In this document: positions 38,014 through 47,229 of the stretch, in pieces
Layout of the letters: every line of letters begins with the position of its first letter
How positions within the stretch are numbered: the stretch's first letter is position 1
NCBI GenBank assembly: GCA_045130495.1
Contig: JBGUPW010000032.1
Coordinates: 2,802 to 66,801, forward strand
DNA length: 64,000 nucleotides
DNA from: Ruminococcus sp.
GTDB taxonomy: Bacteria; Bacillota; Clostridia; Oscillospirales; Acutalibacteraceae
Reading direction: 5' to 3'
Notes under the pieces: generated by a model
The model's database searches: none
Seen by the model: only the letters and a program-made list of their open reading frames with translations
What the model was told of the DNA's origin: nothing
Made by a program: the position numbers and the translations under genes

Positions 38014-40257
38014 ATGGAAGTATTTAACCTTTACGCCCCGTTTATTCAGGACTATATCTACCGCTCGGGCTGGAAAAGTATTCGCGCGGTGCAGAACGCG
38101 GCGGGCGACGCGATTTTTAATACCGACTGCAACGTTTTGCTCACGGCGTCCACAGCCTCCGGCAAAACCGAAGCGGCGTTTTTTCCGATACTCAGTCTGC
38201 TTGACGAGGAGCCGTCTCGCTCCGTCGGCGTGCTGTATATCGCCCCACTGAAAGCGCTTATAAACGATCAGTTCGGCAGATTGAATGAATTGTGCGAGGA
38301 AGCTGATATCCCCGTGACCCGCTGGCACGGAGACGTTCCGCAAAGTCAAAAGCGGCGGCTGCTGAAAAAGCCGGGGGGCATACTGCAAATAACGCCCGAG
38401 TCGCTTGAATCGCTTATGATAAATAAGTATATGGAGATACCCTCGCTGTTCTCCGATTTGCGGTTCATCGTCATCGACGAGATCCATTCGCTGCTGCGTG
38501 CCGACCGCGGCGGTCAGACGTTTTGCCTGATAGAAAGGCTGTGCAGGTCGGCGGGCTGCGATCCGCGCAGGATCGGGCTGTCCGCGACGATCGGAGATCC
38601 CGAAGAGGCGGGAAGCTTTTTGGCGGCGGGAAGCGACAGAGGAACGATCATCCCGAAATTTGAGGGCGGCAGGGAGGTCTGGCGGCTGTCGATGGAGCAT
38701 TTCTTCAACACCGCGCCGCAGGCTGACGAGGGAAAGCCCGATTTTATTGATTCCGCCGCCGAGGAAGATCCCACCGATACCGCGCCCAAAGCGGCAGACC
38801 CGGGAATGGGCTATATCTTTGAGCACACGAGGGGCAAAAAATGCCTTATCTTTACCAATTCGCGCGAGGAATGTGAGTCGGTGTGCCAGCATTTGCGGCA
38901 GTACTGCGAGGCAAACCATGAGCCCGACCGCTTTCTTATTCATCACGGAAACCTTTCCGCCTCTTACCGCGAGAGCGCGGAGGAGGAAATGAAGGACGAC
39001 GATTCGCTTATGAGTGTGTGCGCAACGGCTACGCTGGAGCTTGGAATCGACATCGGCAGACTGGAGCGCGCCTTTCAGATAGACGCGCCGTTCACCGTTT
39101 CGGGATTTTTGCAGCGAATGGGACGAACGGGCAGACGGGGAGCGCCGTCGGAGATGTGGTTTGTAATGCGCGAGGATCACCCCGAGCCGAGGGCGCTTTT
39201 GCCCGAGCTGATACCGTGGTATTTGATTCAGGGCATCGCATTGGTTCAATTGTATATCGAGGAACGCTTTGTTGAGCCGCCGCGAACGGAAAAGCTGCCG
39301 TTCAGCCTGCTCTATCACCAGACGATGAGCACGCTCGCCTCGTGCGGAGAGATGACCCCCGCCGAGCTCGCCTCGCGCGTGCTTCCTCTGTCCGTGTTCC
39401 GAAATATAAATCAGGAGGATTATAAAATTTTGCTGCGCCACCTGCTCAATACCGACCACATCAACCGCACCGAAAACGGCGGCTTGATACTCGGTATCAC
39501 GGGAGAGCGGATCGTAAACAATTATAAATTCTATGCCGTATTTCAGGAGAACATCGAATACTCCGTTCACGCGGGGAGCGAAGAGCTGGGCACAATCGTA
39601 AAGCCGCCGCCCGCAGGCGACAAAATAGCCATAGCGGGACGCGTGTGGGTCGTTGACGAGGTAGATCATCAGCGGCGCGACGTTTACTGCACGCTCGTCA
39701 AGGGGAATATCCCCGCTTATTTCGGCGACGTGGCAGGAGATATCAACACGCGGATCTTGGAAAGAATGTACGGAGTTCTCGCCGAGGACAAATCATATCC
39801 GTATCTTATGCGCCATGCGGTCTGCCGCTTGTCGGAAGCGAGAGATACCTTTCATAAAGCAGATATGCTCAACAAACCGCTTATCCACCTCGGCGGAAAA
39901 ATGTGGGCGCTGTTCCCGTGGCTGGGAAGCTACGCGTTTTTGGCGTTGGAACGCTTCTTAAAGCTGCGCTGCGGCAGGCGGCTCGGGCTGAAAGGTCTCA
40001 GTCCATCTCGCCCGTATTATTTGCAGTTCACCATGCAGGTCGGCGAGGCGGAGTTTTACCGCATTGTCGCAGAGGAAGCCGAGGCGGAGTTCGACCCGCT
40101 TGAGCTGGTTTACGAAAAGGAAGTTCCCGTTTTTGAGAAGTACGACGAGTATGTACCGCCGGAGCTGATACGCAAGGGCTTTGCCTGCGGCGTGCTCGAC
40201 ATAAACGGAATGAAAAGCCGCGTGCTCGGTTGGAACGTGCTCGGTCGGAATAAATAA
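38014..40257 (+). CDS. Shango-like SngC: Lhr-like DEAD/DEAH helicase
   Basis: TASGKTEAAF, APLKALINDQ, TPESLE, DEIH, TATLELGIDIG, QRMGRTGRR. Confidence 0.88.
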   Translation: MEVFNLYAPFIQDYIYRSGWKSIRAVQNAAGDAIFNTDCNVLLTASTASGKTEAAFFPILSLLDEEPSRSVGVLYIAPLKALINDQFGRLNELCEEADIPVTRWHGDVPQSQKRRLLKKPGGILQITPESLESLMINKYMEIPSLFSDLRFIVIDEIHSLLRADRGGQTFCLIERLCRSAGCDPRRIGLSATIGDPEEAGSFLAAGSDRGTIIPKFEGGREVWRLSMEHFFNTAPQADEGKPDFIDSAAEEDPTDTAPKAADPGMGYIFEHTRGKKCLIFTNSREECESVCQHLRQYCEANHEPDRFLIHHGNLSASYRESAEEEMKDDDSLMSVCATATLELGIDIGRLERAFQIDAPFTVSGFLQRMGRTGRRGAPSEMWFVMREDHPEPRALLPELIPWYLIQGIALVQLYIEERFVEPPRTEKLPFSLLYHQTMSTLASCGEMTPAELASRVLPLSVFRNINQEDYKILLRHLLNTDHINRTENGGLILGITGERIVNNYKFYAVFQENIEYSVHAGSEELGTIVKPPPAGDKIAIAGRVWVVDEVDHQRRDVYCTLVKGNIPAYFGDVAGDINTRILERMYGVLAEDKSYPYLMRHAVCRLSEARDTFHKADMLNKPLIHLGGKMWALFPWLGSYAFLALERFLKLRCGRRLGLKGLSPSRPYYLQFTMQVGEAEFYRIVAEEAEAEFDPLELVYEKEVPVFEKYDEYVPPELIRKGFACGVLDINGMKSRVLGWNVLGRNK

Positions 40258-40455
40258 GAATAATAAAAAAGTTAAAAGCGTGCTGTCGGTGATGATTTCA
40301 CTGTCTGTACGCTTTTTCGGTTTAACTGTTTTAGGCAGTACCGAAATTGACGGGTATTATCAATGGTGTGCTCGGAATTTTCCTTGTTTATTCGGCTCGA
40401 ACTCTCTGTATATAATGAAATTTGTCATTGACTCGGAAAACATAGGTTTATCTGT

Positions 40456-40519
40456 TAAACAAACGGTTTAGTGTTTAGATTGAGCGTCGATTGTTTTCGG
40501 GCGGCGCGTTTGATATAAT
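40456..40519 (+). promoter_or_regulatory. Promoter/operator duplicated upstream of the tannase gene
   Basis: taaac-aaacg-gttta palindrome, TTGTTT-17-TATAAT, gcgtcg/cggcgc around the -35. Aligns with 43146-43209. Confidence 0.65.
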
Positions 40520-40595
40520 GACTATAGAATCAGTGAGGATCGAACGATAATAAAAATCAAAAACAAAAACAGCAAACCAAACGGAGGGTCGGAAA

Positions 40596-41882
40596 ATGAA
40601 AAAAATCATTTCTGTTGTATTAACAGCCGCGTTGTCGGCGGTTCTGTTTACGGCGTGCGGCACGGAACAGACACAGAATCGGGATAAGCAGGAATCCGCC
40701 GCCGCTTCAAAGGATACCGCAGAAAAGAGCTCAGCGGAAAATAGTTCCGCAGAAAAGGCGGCGAAGTACCCCGATACTCACCCCCTGTATTTCAAGGACA
40801 GCGCTAAAAGCGATAAAGCGGTTGCGACCTTTTTTAACAGCGTCAGCGGCAAAAGCGAGGAAGTTGAGATGAAGAAAACAGGCGAGGATAAGGATTCCAG
40901 AACTTTCTCCTGCGAGGGCAATTGTTCCGCATACAACATGGCTTATATCACCTGCGGCGGAAAAAAGACGCGCGAATTTGCTTTCAACCCCTGCGTCAGC
41001 GGCTGGTACAAAAAAGAGGACGATCTCTTACCCTACGTCGAGGGAGAGAAGATAGATTATACCCCGAAATATGAAAAAATAACTCTCACGGGTCACGGCT
41101 ATAAAAAGAATATTTACATTTGGACGCCCGACGGCTATGACGCTTCCGCCGCCGAAAAGTATTCTACCGTCTATGTTATCGACGGGCAGTTTCTGACCTA
41201 TATCGGCGAGTACGGACAAGTGCTTAACGACTGCGCTATCGCGGTGGATCAGGTCAAGGCGATGAATTCCGTCTCCGATACAAAGGCGATCGTCGTGGCG
41301 ATAGACAATGTCGGCACGCGCGATTACGAGCTGATACCCGATATCGGCGACTCCGTGCTCGAAAAGGATTTTGAAAGCAGGAACGGCACGCCCTACGAGG
41401 ACGAATTTGACAGCATGGACGGCACGCAATTCGCGGATTTTGTCGCAAAAACGCTTGTGCCGTATGTGCAGCAGCACTATAATGTTTACACCGACACGCT
41501 GCACACCGCTATTGTCGGCGCTTCTCTCGGCGGCGGAGAGTCCTTCTATATCGCCGCTGAATATCCCGAGATTTTCGGCACAGGCGGCGCGCTGTCGCCG
41601 TCCTTCTGGACATTTGAATCGGAGGTATGGGATGAATATCTCGGTAAAAAGAGCTTTGACAATAACAGCCCGTTTATTTACCTTTACACGGGGTCTGATG
41701 ACGACGACGTGGGACCCGGCGTTAAAGAGATGTATGACCGTCTGATAAAAATGGGTTATCCGGAGGAAAAGCTTGTGTTCCATTATAATGAGGAAGGCGC
41801 TCACGGCGGTATATTCTGGCGCTGCATTTTCTCCGAGTTTCTGACCGCAATGGTATACCGTGATGTCAAACCGCTGCGGTGA
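40596..41882 (+). CDS. Lipoprotein alpha/beta-hydrolase esterase (Fes/antigen-85-like)
   Basis: Lipobox FTAC, IYIWTP.GY, YVIDG, nucleophile GASLGG, LSPSFW, C-terminal His (GAH). Confidence 0.8.
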   Translation: MKKIISVVLTAALSAVLFTACGTEQTQNRDKQESAAASKDTAEKSSAENSSAEKAAKYPDTHPLYFKDSAKSDKAVATFFNSVSGKSEEVEMKKTGEDKDSRTFSCEGNCSAYNMAYITCGGKKTREFAFNPCVSGWYKKEDDLLPYVEGEKIDYTPKYEKITLTGHGYKKNIYIWTPDGYDASAAEKYSTVYVIDGQFLTYIGEYGQVLNDCAIAVDQVKAMNSVSDTKAIVVAIDNVGTRDYELIPDIGDSVLEKDFESRNGTPYEDEFDSMDGTQFADFVAKTLVPYVQQHYNVYTDTLHTAIVGASLGGGESFYIAAEYPEIFGTGGALSPSFWTFESEVWDEYLGKKSFDNNSPFIYLYTGSDDDDVGPGVKEMYDRLIKMGYPEEKLVFHYNEEGAHGGIFWRCIFSEFLTAMVYRDVKPLR

Positions 41883-41921
41883 AGCGTTTGATCTGTTCCC
41901 GCGAATTGTTCAACCTGTACA

Positions 41922-41950
41922 TTGACAAAACGGCGAAAACCGTATATAAT
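41922..41950 (+). promoter_or_regulatory. Consensus sigma-A promoter
   Basis: TTGACA-17 nt-TATAAT. Confidence 0.85.
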
Positions 41951-42080
41951 CATTGCGACAGGAGGGCTGTGTTTTGAAAAGATATGTTATTGCCGAATAA
42001 GCTTTGGCTATTTGGTATCGTTTGAATATTATTATAGCCATTGCTTACCCTAAAGCATTTTAGATTTTTAGGAGGCAACA

Positions 42081-42362
42081 ATGAGCTATATCAAGGCAGA
42101 GGAAGTTCTGCCGCAGAATATAATTAAAATGATCCAACAGTATATCGACGGGGAAAATATCTATATTCCCAAAAAAGAAAACGCCCGCGTCCGTTGGGGA
42201 GAAAAAACGGGAGCAAGGCAAGAGCTTGTCCGCCGCAATTCTTTGATTTATCGTGATTTCCTGAACGGTGAAAAGGTTTCGGTGCTCGCAGGTCGATATT
42301 TCTTATCAGATAAAACCATTCAGCGGATAATCCGCGAGATGAGAGTAAATGAGTCTGTGTAA
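42081..42362 (+). CDS. CD3324-family (Mor-like HTH) small DNA-binding protein
   Basis: MSYIKAEEVLP...IQQYIDGENIYIPK, WGEKTG, LA.RYFLS.KTIQRII. Confidence 0.8.
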   Translation: MSYIKAEEVLPQNIIKMIQQYIDGENIYIPKKENARVRWGEKTGARQELVRRNSLIYRDFLNGEKVSVLAGRYFLSDKTIQRIIREMRVNESV

Positions 42363-42575
42363 CGAAGGCTCATACTTTTTTACTTTAACTTTAGGGAACT
42401 GTAATGTAACGTTTCATTATAACAATCATTTTGCAGGTTTACAGACAATTGCTGTAACGTAAACTCCTATAAAGCAAAAAATACCGCTCGGTTGCGCACG
42501 CTTTTTTATAACCGTTTTTGAGGTGGACTTTTTCGGAAAGTGTGATATAATAACGGTGAAGTAACCAAAAAGGAA

Positions 42576-43097
42576 GTGCAAAAAATGTTATTATTGGAAA
42601 CAGAAAGACTTATTATAACCGAATTTACGCCCGATATGGCGCAGGCAGTCCATGAAAATTCGCTTGACGAGGATAACCGCCGCTTTGTTCCCGACGAGGT
42701 GTTTGAAACCGTGGAGGAAGCTGCGGAAACGATTGATTTTCTTATGTCGCGGTACGGCGGCAGCGAGGGTCCTTTCGTATATCCCGTGCTGACAAAGGAC
42801 GGCGCGAACATCGGCTATGTTCAGGCTGTGCCGATCGGCGACGGCGTTTGGGAGGTCGGCTATCACATCGGCGCCGCCTACACAAAAAAGGGCTACGCCA
42901 CCGAAGCGGTCAAGGCTTTTCTGCCTGTCATAATGAAGCAGATAGGCATTGACAAAATGGCGGGGATCTGCCTTGCCGATAACGTTGCCTCTCGCAAGGT
43001 GATGGAGAAGTGCGGCTTTACTCAGGAGTTTGAGGGCGTCGGCGATTATCAGGGCGAAAAAAGAGAGATTTGCAGATTTTGTTATTCTCTCGACTGA
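42576..43097 (+). CDS. RimJ/RimL-type GNAT acetyltransferase
   Basis: LETERLII, EVGYHI, KKGYATEAV, NVASRKVMEKCGF. Confidence 0.85.
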   Translation: MQKMLLLETERLIITEFTPDMAQAVHENSLDEDNRRFVPDEVFETVEEAAETIDFLMSRYGGSEGPFVYPVLTKDGANIGYVQAVPIGDGVWEVGYHIGAAYTKKGYATEAVKAFLPVIMKQIGIDKMAGICLADNVASRKVMEKCGFTQEFEGVGDYQGEKREICRFCYSLD

Positions 43098-43145
43098 TAC
43101 CGATCGATTCGGGCAGGCAGCCCGAAAAAACAAAAGTTTATACAC

Positions 43146-43209
43146 TCAACCAATGGTTTAGTAAATCGATTACGCGTCGCTTGCTTTCAGGCGGCGCTTT
43201 TGCTATAAT
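43146..43209 (+). promoter_or_regulatory. Second copy of the esterase promoter/operator
   Basis: caaccaatggttta, TTGCTT-17-TATAAT, gcgtcg/cggcgc. Confidence 0.65.
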
Positions 43210-43287
43210 GATTACAATAAGAATCAACACCGAATCGGTACACACCGAATCGATACAAAAACGAAAAAACAAACGGAGGTTTTGAAG

Positions 43288-44955
43288 ATGAAAAAGCTTA
43301 TTGGTATTTTGTTGGCTGCCGCGATGATCGGCTCGCTTACAGCCTGCGCAGCTCAAACAAGTCAGCAGTCCGATTCACAGTCGGCTTCACAGTCGAGCGA
43401 AAAGGAATCGGCGACGAGTGAAAAGGAAACGAAACCGGAAGCGGTTGTCACAACGAATCTGTCCAAGCCGGATATGTCAAAGTGGCAGTATAACGCGGAT
43501 AAGGACTTTTATTATCAGCTCGGCATAGATTATTGCGAGAAGCCCGCCGACGAAAAGTACGAAAAGGTCGCGTTTTTTGTTCCCGGCAAATATATGGACG
43601 GCACAAAGAACAGCGACGGAACCTTTACCTGCAAGATGAATGAAAGCGTTGAGGTAGAAGGCTATAAGGCAGCCGACGCTCCGATCGTTATGCCGATCAG
43701 AACAGAGGGCTATTACGCAGCAGAGGCGCTGAACGAAGAAATGGTGGCAAACATCCCGATGATAGCGGAAGAGATAGCGCAATACACCTCTCAGGGCTTT
43801 GTATATGTCCACGCGGGCTGCCGCGGCATTGACGAGGGCGCTCCCACAGGCGTTACCGACCTGAAGGCTGCCATCCGTTATGTCCGCTACTGCGATGACG
43901 TTATCGCGGGCGACGCGGAGAGCATATTTGTGTACGGATTAAGCGCCGGCGGAGCTCAGGCGGCTATCCTCGGCGCGGCGGGAGACAGCGAGCTTTACGA
44001 CCCCTATCTCGAAGCGATCGGCGCTGTTCAGGGAGTGTCCGACTCGGTCGCGGGCTCAATGGATTGGTGTCCGGTCACCGAGCTCGACACCGCCAATGCC
44101 GAATATGAGTGGATGATGGGCTGCACGCGCACCGGGCGTTCCGAGGAGGAGCAGGCTATCTCCGATAATCTTGCGAAAGCGTTTGCTGAGTATGTAAACA
44201 AAGCCGGTTTCACCGACAAGGACGGCAACGCGCTTACGCTCACGGAATCTAAGGAAGGTATTTTTCAGGCGGGAAGCTATTACGACTATATCAAAAAAGT
44301 GATCGAAGAGTCGCTCAACCACTATCTTTCCGACACAAAATTTTCGGGCGCAGATCTCCACAACAGCTACGGCAGCGCCGAAAACTATGTCAACGAGCTT
44401 AACAAGGACAAAAAATGGGTCACTTATGATAAAAGCACAAACACGGCAACCATAACAAGCGTGGCGGACTTTTCCAAGGCGTGCAAAAACGCCTTGCCGT
44501 ATGTGGTAGCCTTCGACCAGCCCACCGCAGAGAATCCCCTTTTCGGCTACGGCGACGGCAAGGGCGCCCACTTTGACAAGATCCTTGCCGATGTGCTTAC
44601 CGGGCTGAACAGCAAATACGCCGCCGATTACAATTCCGATTTGGCAAAGAAGGATTCCTTCGGCTATACCGTTGAGCAGCGCGTGAATATGTATACTCCG
44701 CTCTACTATCTAATGGAAAGCCGCGAGGGTTACGGAAAATCCACGGTCGCGAAATACTGGAGGATCCGCACAGGCATTAAGCAGCAAAACACCTCGCTGA
44801 CAACCGAGGTCAACCTCGCTCTCGCTCTTGAGCACTGCGACGACGTTAAAAGTGTGGACTTTGAAACTGTATGGGCGAAGGGTCACGAAGAAGCCGAGCG
44901 CACGGGCGACCACATTGAAAACTTTATTAAATGGGTAAACGACTGCATGAAATAA
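43288..44955 (+). CDS. Subtype-A tannase-like lipoprotein esterase
   Basis: Lipobox LTAC, AP.GVTDLKAAIRY, GLSAGG, WCPVTELD.A..EYEW, KYWRIRTGI, VDFETVW..GH. Confidence 0.8.
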   Translation: MKKLIGILLAAAMIGSLTACAAQTSQQSDSQSASQSSEKESATSEKETKPEAVVTTNLSKPDMSKWQYNADKDFYYQLGIDYCEKPADEKYEKVAFFVPGKYMDGTKNSDGTFTCKMNESVEVEGYKAADAPIVMPIRTEGYYAAEALNEEMVANIPMIAEEIAQYTSQGFVYVHAGCRGIDEGAPTGVTDLKAAIRYVRYCDDVIAGDAESIFVYGLSAGGAQAAILGAAGDSELYDPYLEAIGAVQGVSDSVAGSMDWCPVTELDTANAEYEWMMGCTRTGRSEEEQAISDNLAKAFAEYVNKAGFTDKDGNALTLTESKEGIFQAGSYYDYIKKVIEESLNHYLSDTKFSGADLHNSYGSAENYVNELNKDKKWVTYDKSTNTATITSVADFSKACKNALPYVVAFDQPTAENPLFGYGDGKGAHFDKILADVLTGLNSKYAADYNSDLAKKDSFGYTVEQRVNMYTPLYYLMESREGYGKSTVAKYWRIRTGIKQQNTSLTTEVNLALALEHCDDVKSVDFETVWAKGHEEAERTGDHIENFIKWVNDCMK

Positions 44956-44982
44956 TAATTTTGCGGGAACGGAGGGGCTAAA

Positions 44983-46212
44983 ATGAAAAAAATCATTTCT
45001 GTTGTTTTGGCAGCTGCGCTGTCGGCGGCGCTGTTCACGGCTTGCGGGGCGGAGCGCAAAGCCGAAAAAGCCGAAAGCTCCTCCGCTTCTCCCGACACTG
45101 CGCGGTCAAGGGATCACGGGGATTTCCACACGCTGTATTTCAGGGACGGCTCCAAAAGCGAAAAGGTCGCCGCGACATTTCTTAACAGCCTCACCGGAAA
45201 GAGCGAAGAGGTCGAAATGGTCAGGTGCGGAGAGGACGCGTCTGCTTATACCTTTTCGTGCGAGGGCAACGTCAGGGATTACAACGTCGCTTATTTCACT
45301 TATGACGGCAAAAAAACAAAAGCCGTCGCTTTCAACAGATGTGTCAGCGGCTGGCAGAAAACAAGCGACGGATTTACGCCGTATACGCAGGGAGCGGAAA
45401 CGGATTATTTACCGTCTTTTGAGAAAATAACGCTTGACTGCAACGGCTATGAAAAGGATATCTATGTATGGACGCCCGAGGATTACGACGCCGCTTCCGA
45501 TGAAAAGTACGCAACGATCTATGTCCTCGACGGAGATGACGAGGTGAATACGCAAAACCCGGGAGCACGACCCGACGGATGCCTGTATATTCCGGATCAG
45601 GTGAGAAGCATGGCGGCTGAAACGGGCTGCAAAGCGATAGTTGTGGGTGTCAGCACCTACGGCGACATGAATGAATATATGCGCGACGACGAGCTGGTTC
45701 CCGACTTGGGAGAGTTTGCGGAGAAAGAATACAAAAGCAAAAAGAAGGGCGGAGATTTAGCGCGTTTTATGGCGGATACGCTTGTCCCGTACATACGGCA
45801 GCACTACAACGTCTGTACCGACGCGCTCCACACATCCGTAACGGGAGCTTCCCTCGGCGGTCTGGAGACATTCTATATTACGATGGAGTATCCCGAAATA
45901 TTCGGTACGGCAGGCGTTCTGTCGCCGTCCTTCTGGACTTATGACGACGCGGCGTGGAAAAGCTATCTCGGCAAAAAGGATTTTGACGTCAATACTCCGT
46001 TTATATATTTATATACGGGACCCGCAGGCGGCGACACTGATCCGTATGTTACCGAGATGTATAACCGCATGAAGGATATGGGCTATCCCGCGGACAAAAT
46101 TGCGTTACATTACAGCGAGGACGGTCTTCATCACCCCAACTCATGGCGCGGCTGCTTTTCGGAATTTCTGTCAGCCATGGCGTTTCAGCGTGTTGAACCT
46201 CTGCAAAAATAA
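44983..46212 (+). CDS. Lipoprotein esterase, paralog of 40596..41882
   Basis: Near-identical signal peptide MKKIISVVL.AALSA.LFTACG, GASLGG, LSPSFW. Confidence 0.8.
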   Translation: MKKIISVVLAAALSAALFTACGAERKAEKAESSSASPDTARSRDHGDFHTLYFRDGSKSEKVAATFLNSLTGKSEEVEMVRCGEDASAYTFSCEGNVRDYNVAYFTYDGKKTKAVAFNRCVSGWQKTSDGFTPYTQGAETDYLPSFEKITLDCNGYEKDIYVWTPEDYDAASDEKYATIYVLDGDDEVNTQNPGARPDGCLYIPDQVRSMAAETGCKAIVVGVSTYGDMNEYMRDDELVPDLGEFAEKEYKSKKKGGDLARFMADTLVPYIRQHYNVCTDALHTSVTGASLGGLETFYITMEYPEIFGTAGVLSPSFWTYDDAAWKSYLGKKDFDVNTPFIYLYTGPAGGDTDPYVTEMYNRMKDMGYPADKIALHYSEDGLHHPNSWRGCFSEFLSAMAFQRVEPLQK

Positions 46213-46269
46213 AAGCCGCCCGTAAATACGAATAGACGGCTGTGTACGATCATCCTTTCTTTCTTATAA

Positions 46270-46325
46270 AAACAACCTCCTTCGTGATGTGGTATTTACA
46301 AAACACATCACGAAGGAGGTTGTTT
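46270..46325. terminator. 22-bp perfect inverted repeat, terminator-like
   Basis: aaacaacctccttcgtgatgtg-N12-cacatcacgaaggaggttgttt. Confidence 0.7.
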
Positions 46326-46671
46326 GTGTTTATCCCAAACTCCAAATGTTTTAAATAATAACTGCTTATTCTCTTAATAATTAAGCTATTTTGCGTGTCA
46401 GATTACTTAACACGCAAATAAAACACGCAAATAATCGTCAAGTAAAGAAATGGCTTGTTTAATGGCAAATTTTGAAATATTAGTTAATTTGTTGATAGCT
46501 TGGGCTTAACATCTGTTGCATAAAATTCCGCATAACCGCGTTGCCGTCCTCTGAGGGCGACAGCCTCTTTTTCTATGCGTTGTATATTTACATAAAAGAA
46601 AAATTGCGCTTGCATTTGCAGAAGATATAGTTTATAATATAAAATGGAGTTTTATAAGGAGAGGTGTTTGT

Positions 46672-47229
46672 ATGGAAAAGAAACGGGTCAGCGTACAAAT
46701 CGAGGGCAGAAATTATGTCGTGATAACAACCGAGGAAAAAAGCTACGTTTTGGGCGTTGCGAGCGAGGTGACAGACTCTATCCGCAGGGCGGCTCAGACG
46801 GGAAGGCACCTCGATACCCGCGACTGCGCGGTGCTTGCGGCTATGGATTTCTGCGACGACTGCCACAAGGCTGAGCGGCGCAACAAGGATCTCGTTGACA
46901 AGGCGGATCAGATCATCCGCCAATCGGCTGAGCTTGCCAAGCAGTGCAAGGAATACAAGGAACGGTTTACCGCGTCCATAAACGAAAACACTAACCTAAC
47001 TAAGCGGATCATGGCGCTTGAGGATCAGCTTCGCACGGTGCTCAACGAGAACGAGAGGCTGAAAAAGAGCGTAGACTCCAAGGCGGCGGCAAGTGAGAAA
47101 AAGTTTGAGCAGGTCGTCCGCGACAAAAAGAATGAACAACTGATGGGCTACGTTCCCATGCGGCAGTATTCGCTTTTCGAGGAAGGCGACAAGTCCTCAG
47201 ACAAGAAAAAGAAAAATCATAAAAAATGA
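46672..47229 (+). CDS. zapA: Cell division protein ZapA family with coiled-coil extension
   Basis: KRVSVQIEGRNY...E..YVLGVA.EV...AVLAAMDFCD. Promoter TTGCAT-17-TATAAT at 46610-46638. Confidence 0.75.
   Translation: MEKKRVSVQIEGRNYVVITTEEKSYVLGVASEVTDSIRRAAQTGRHLDTRDCAVLAAMDFCDDCHKAERRNKDLVDKADQIIRQSAELAKQCKEYKERFTASINENTNLTKRIMALEDQLRTVLNENERLKKSVDSKAAASEKKFEQVVRDKKNEQLMGYVPMRQYSLFEEGDKSSDKKKKNHKK

Noticed and set aside
37855-39669. Long antisense ORFs (also 659..1666, 18519..19568, 23612..24529, 41028..41804)
   Set aside because: They shadow well-supported genes in the codon-complementary frame and have no recognisable motifs.
46270-46325. Long inverted repeat as a transposon end
   Set aside because: Arms are only 12 bp apart, it sits just after a stop codon, and no second copy was seen, so a terminator is the simpler reading.
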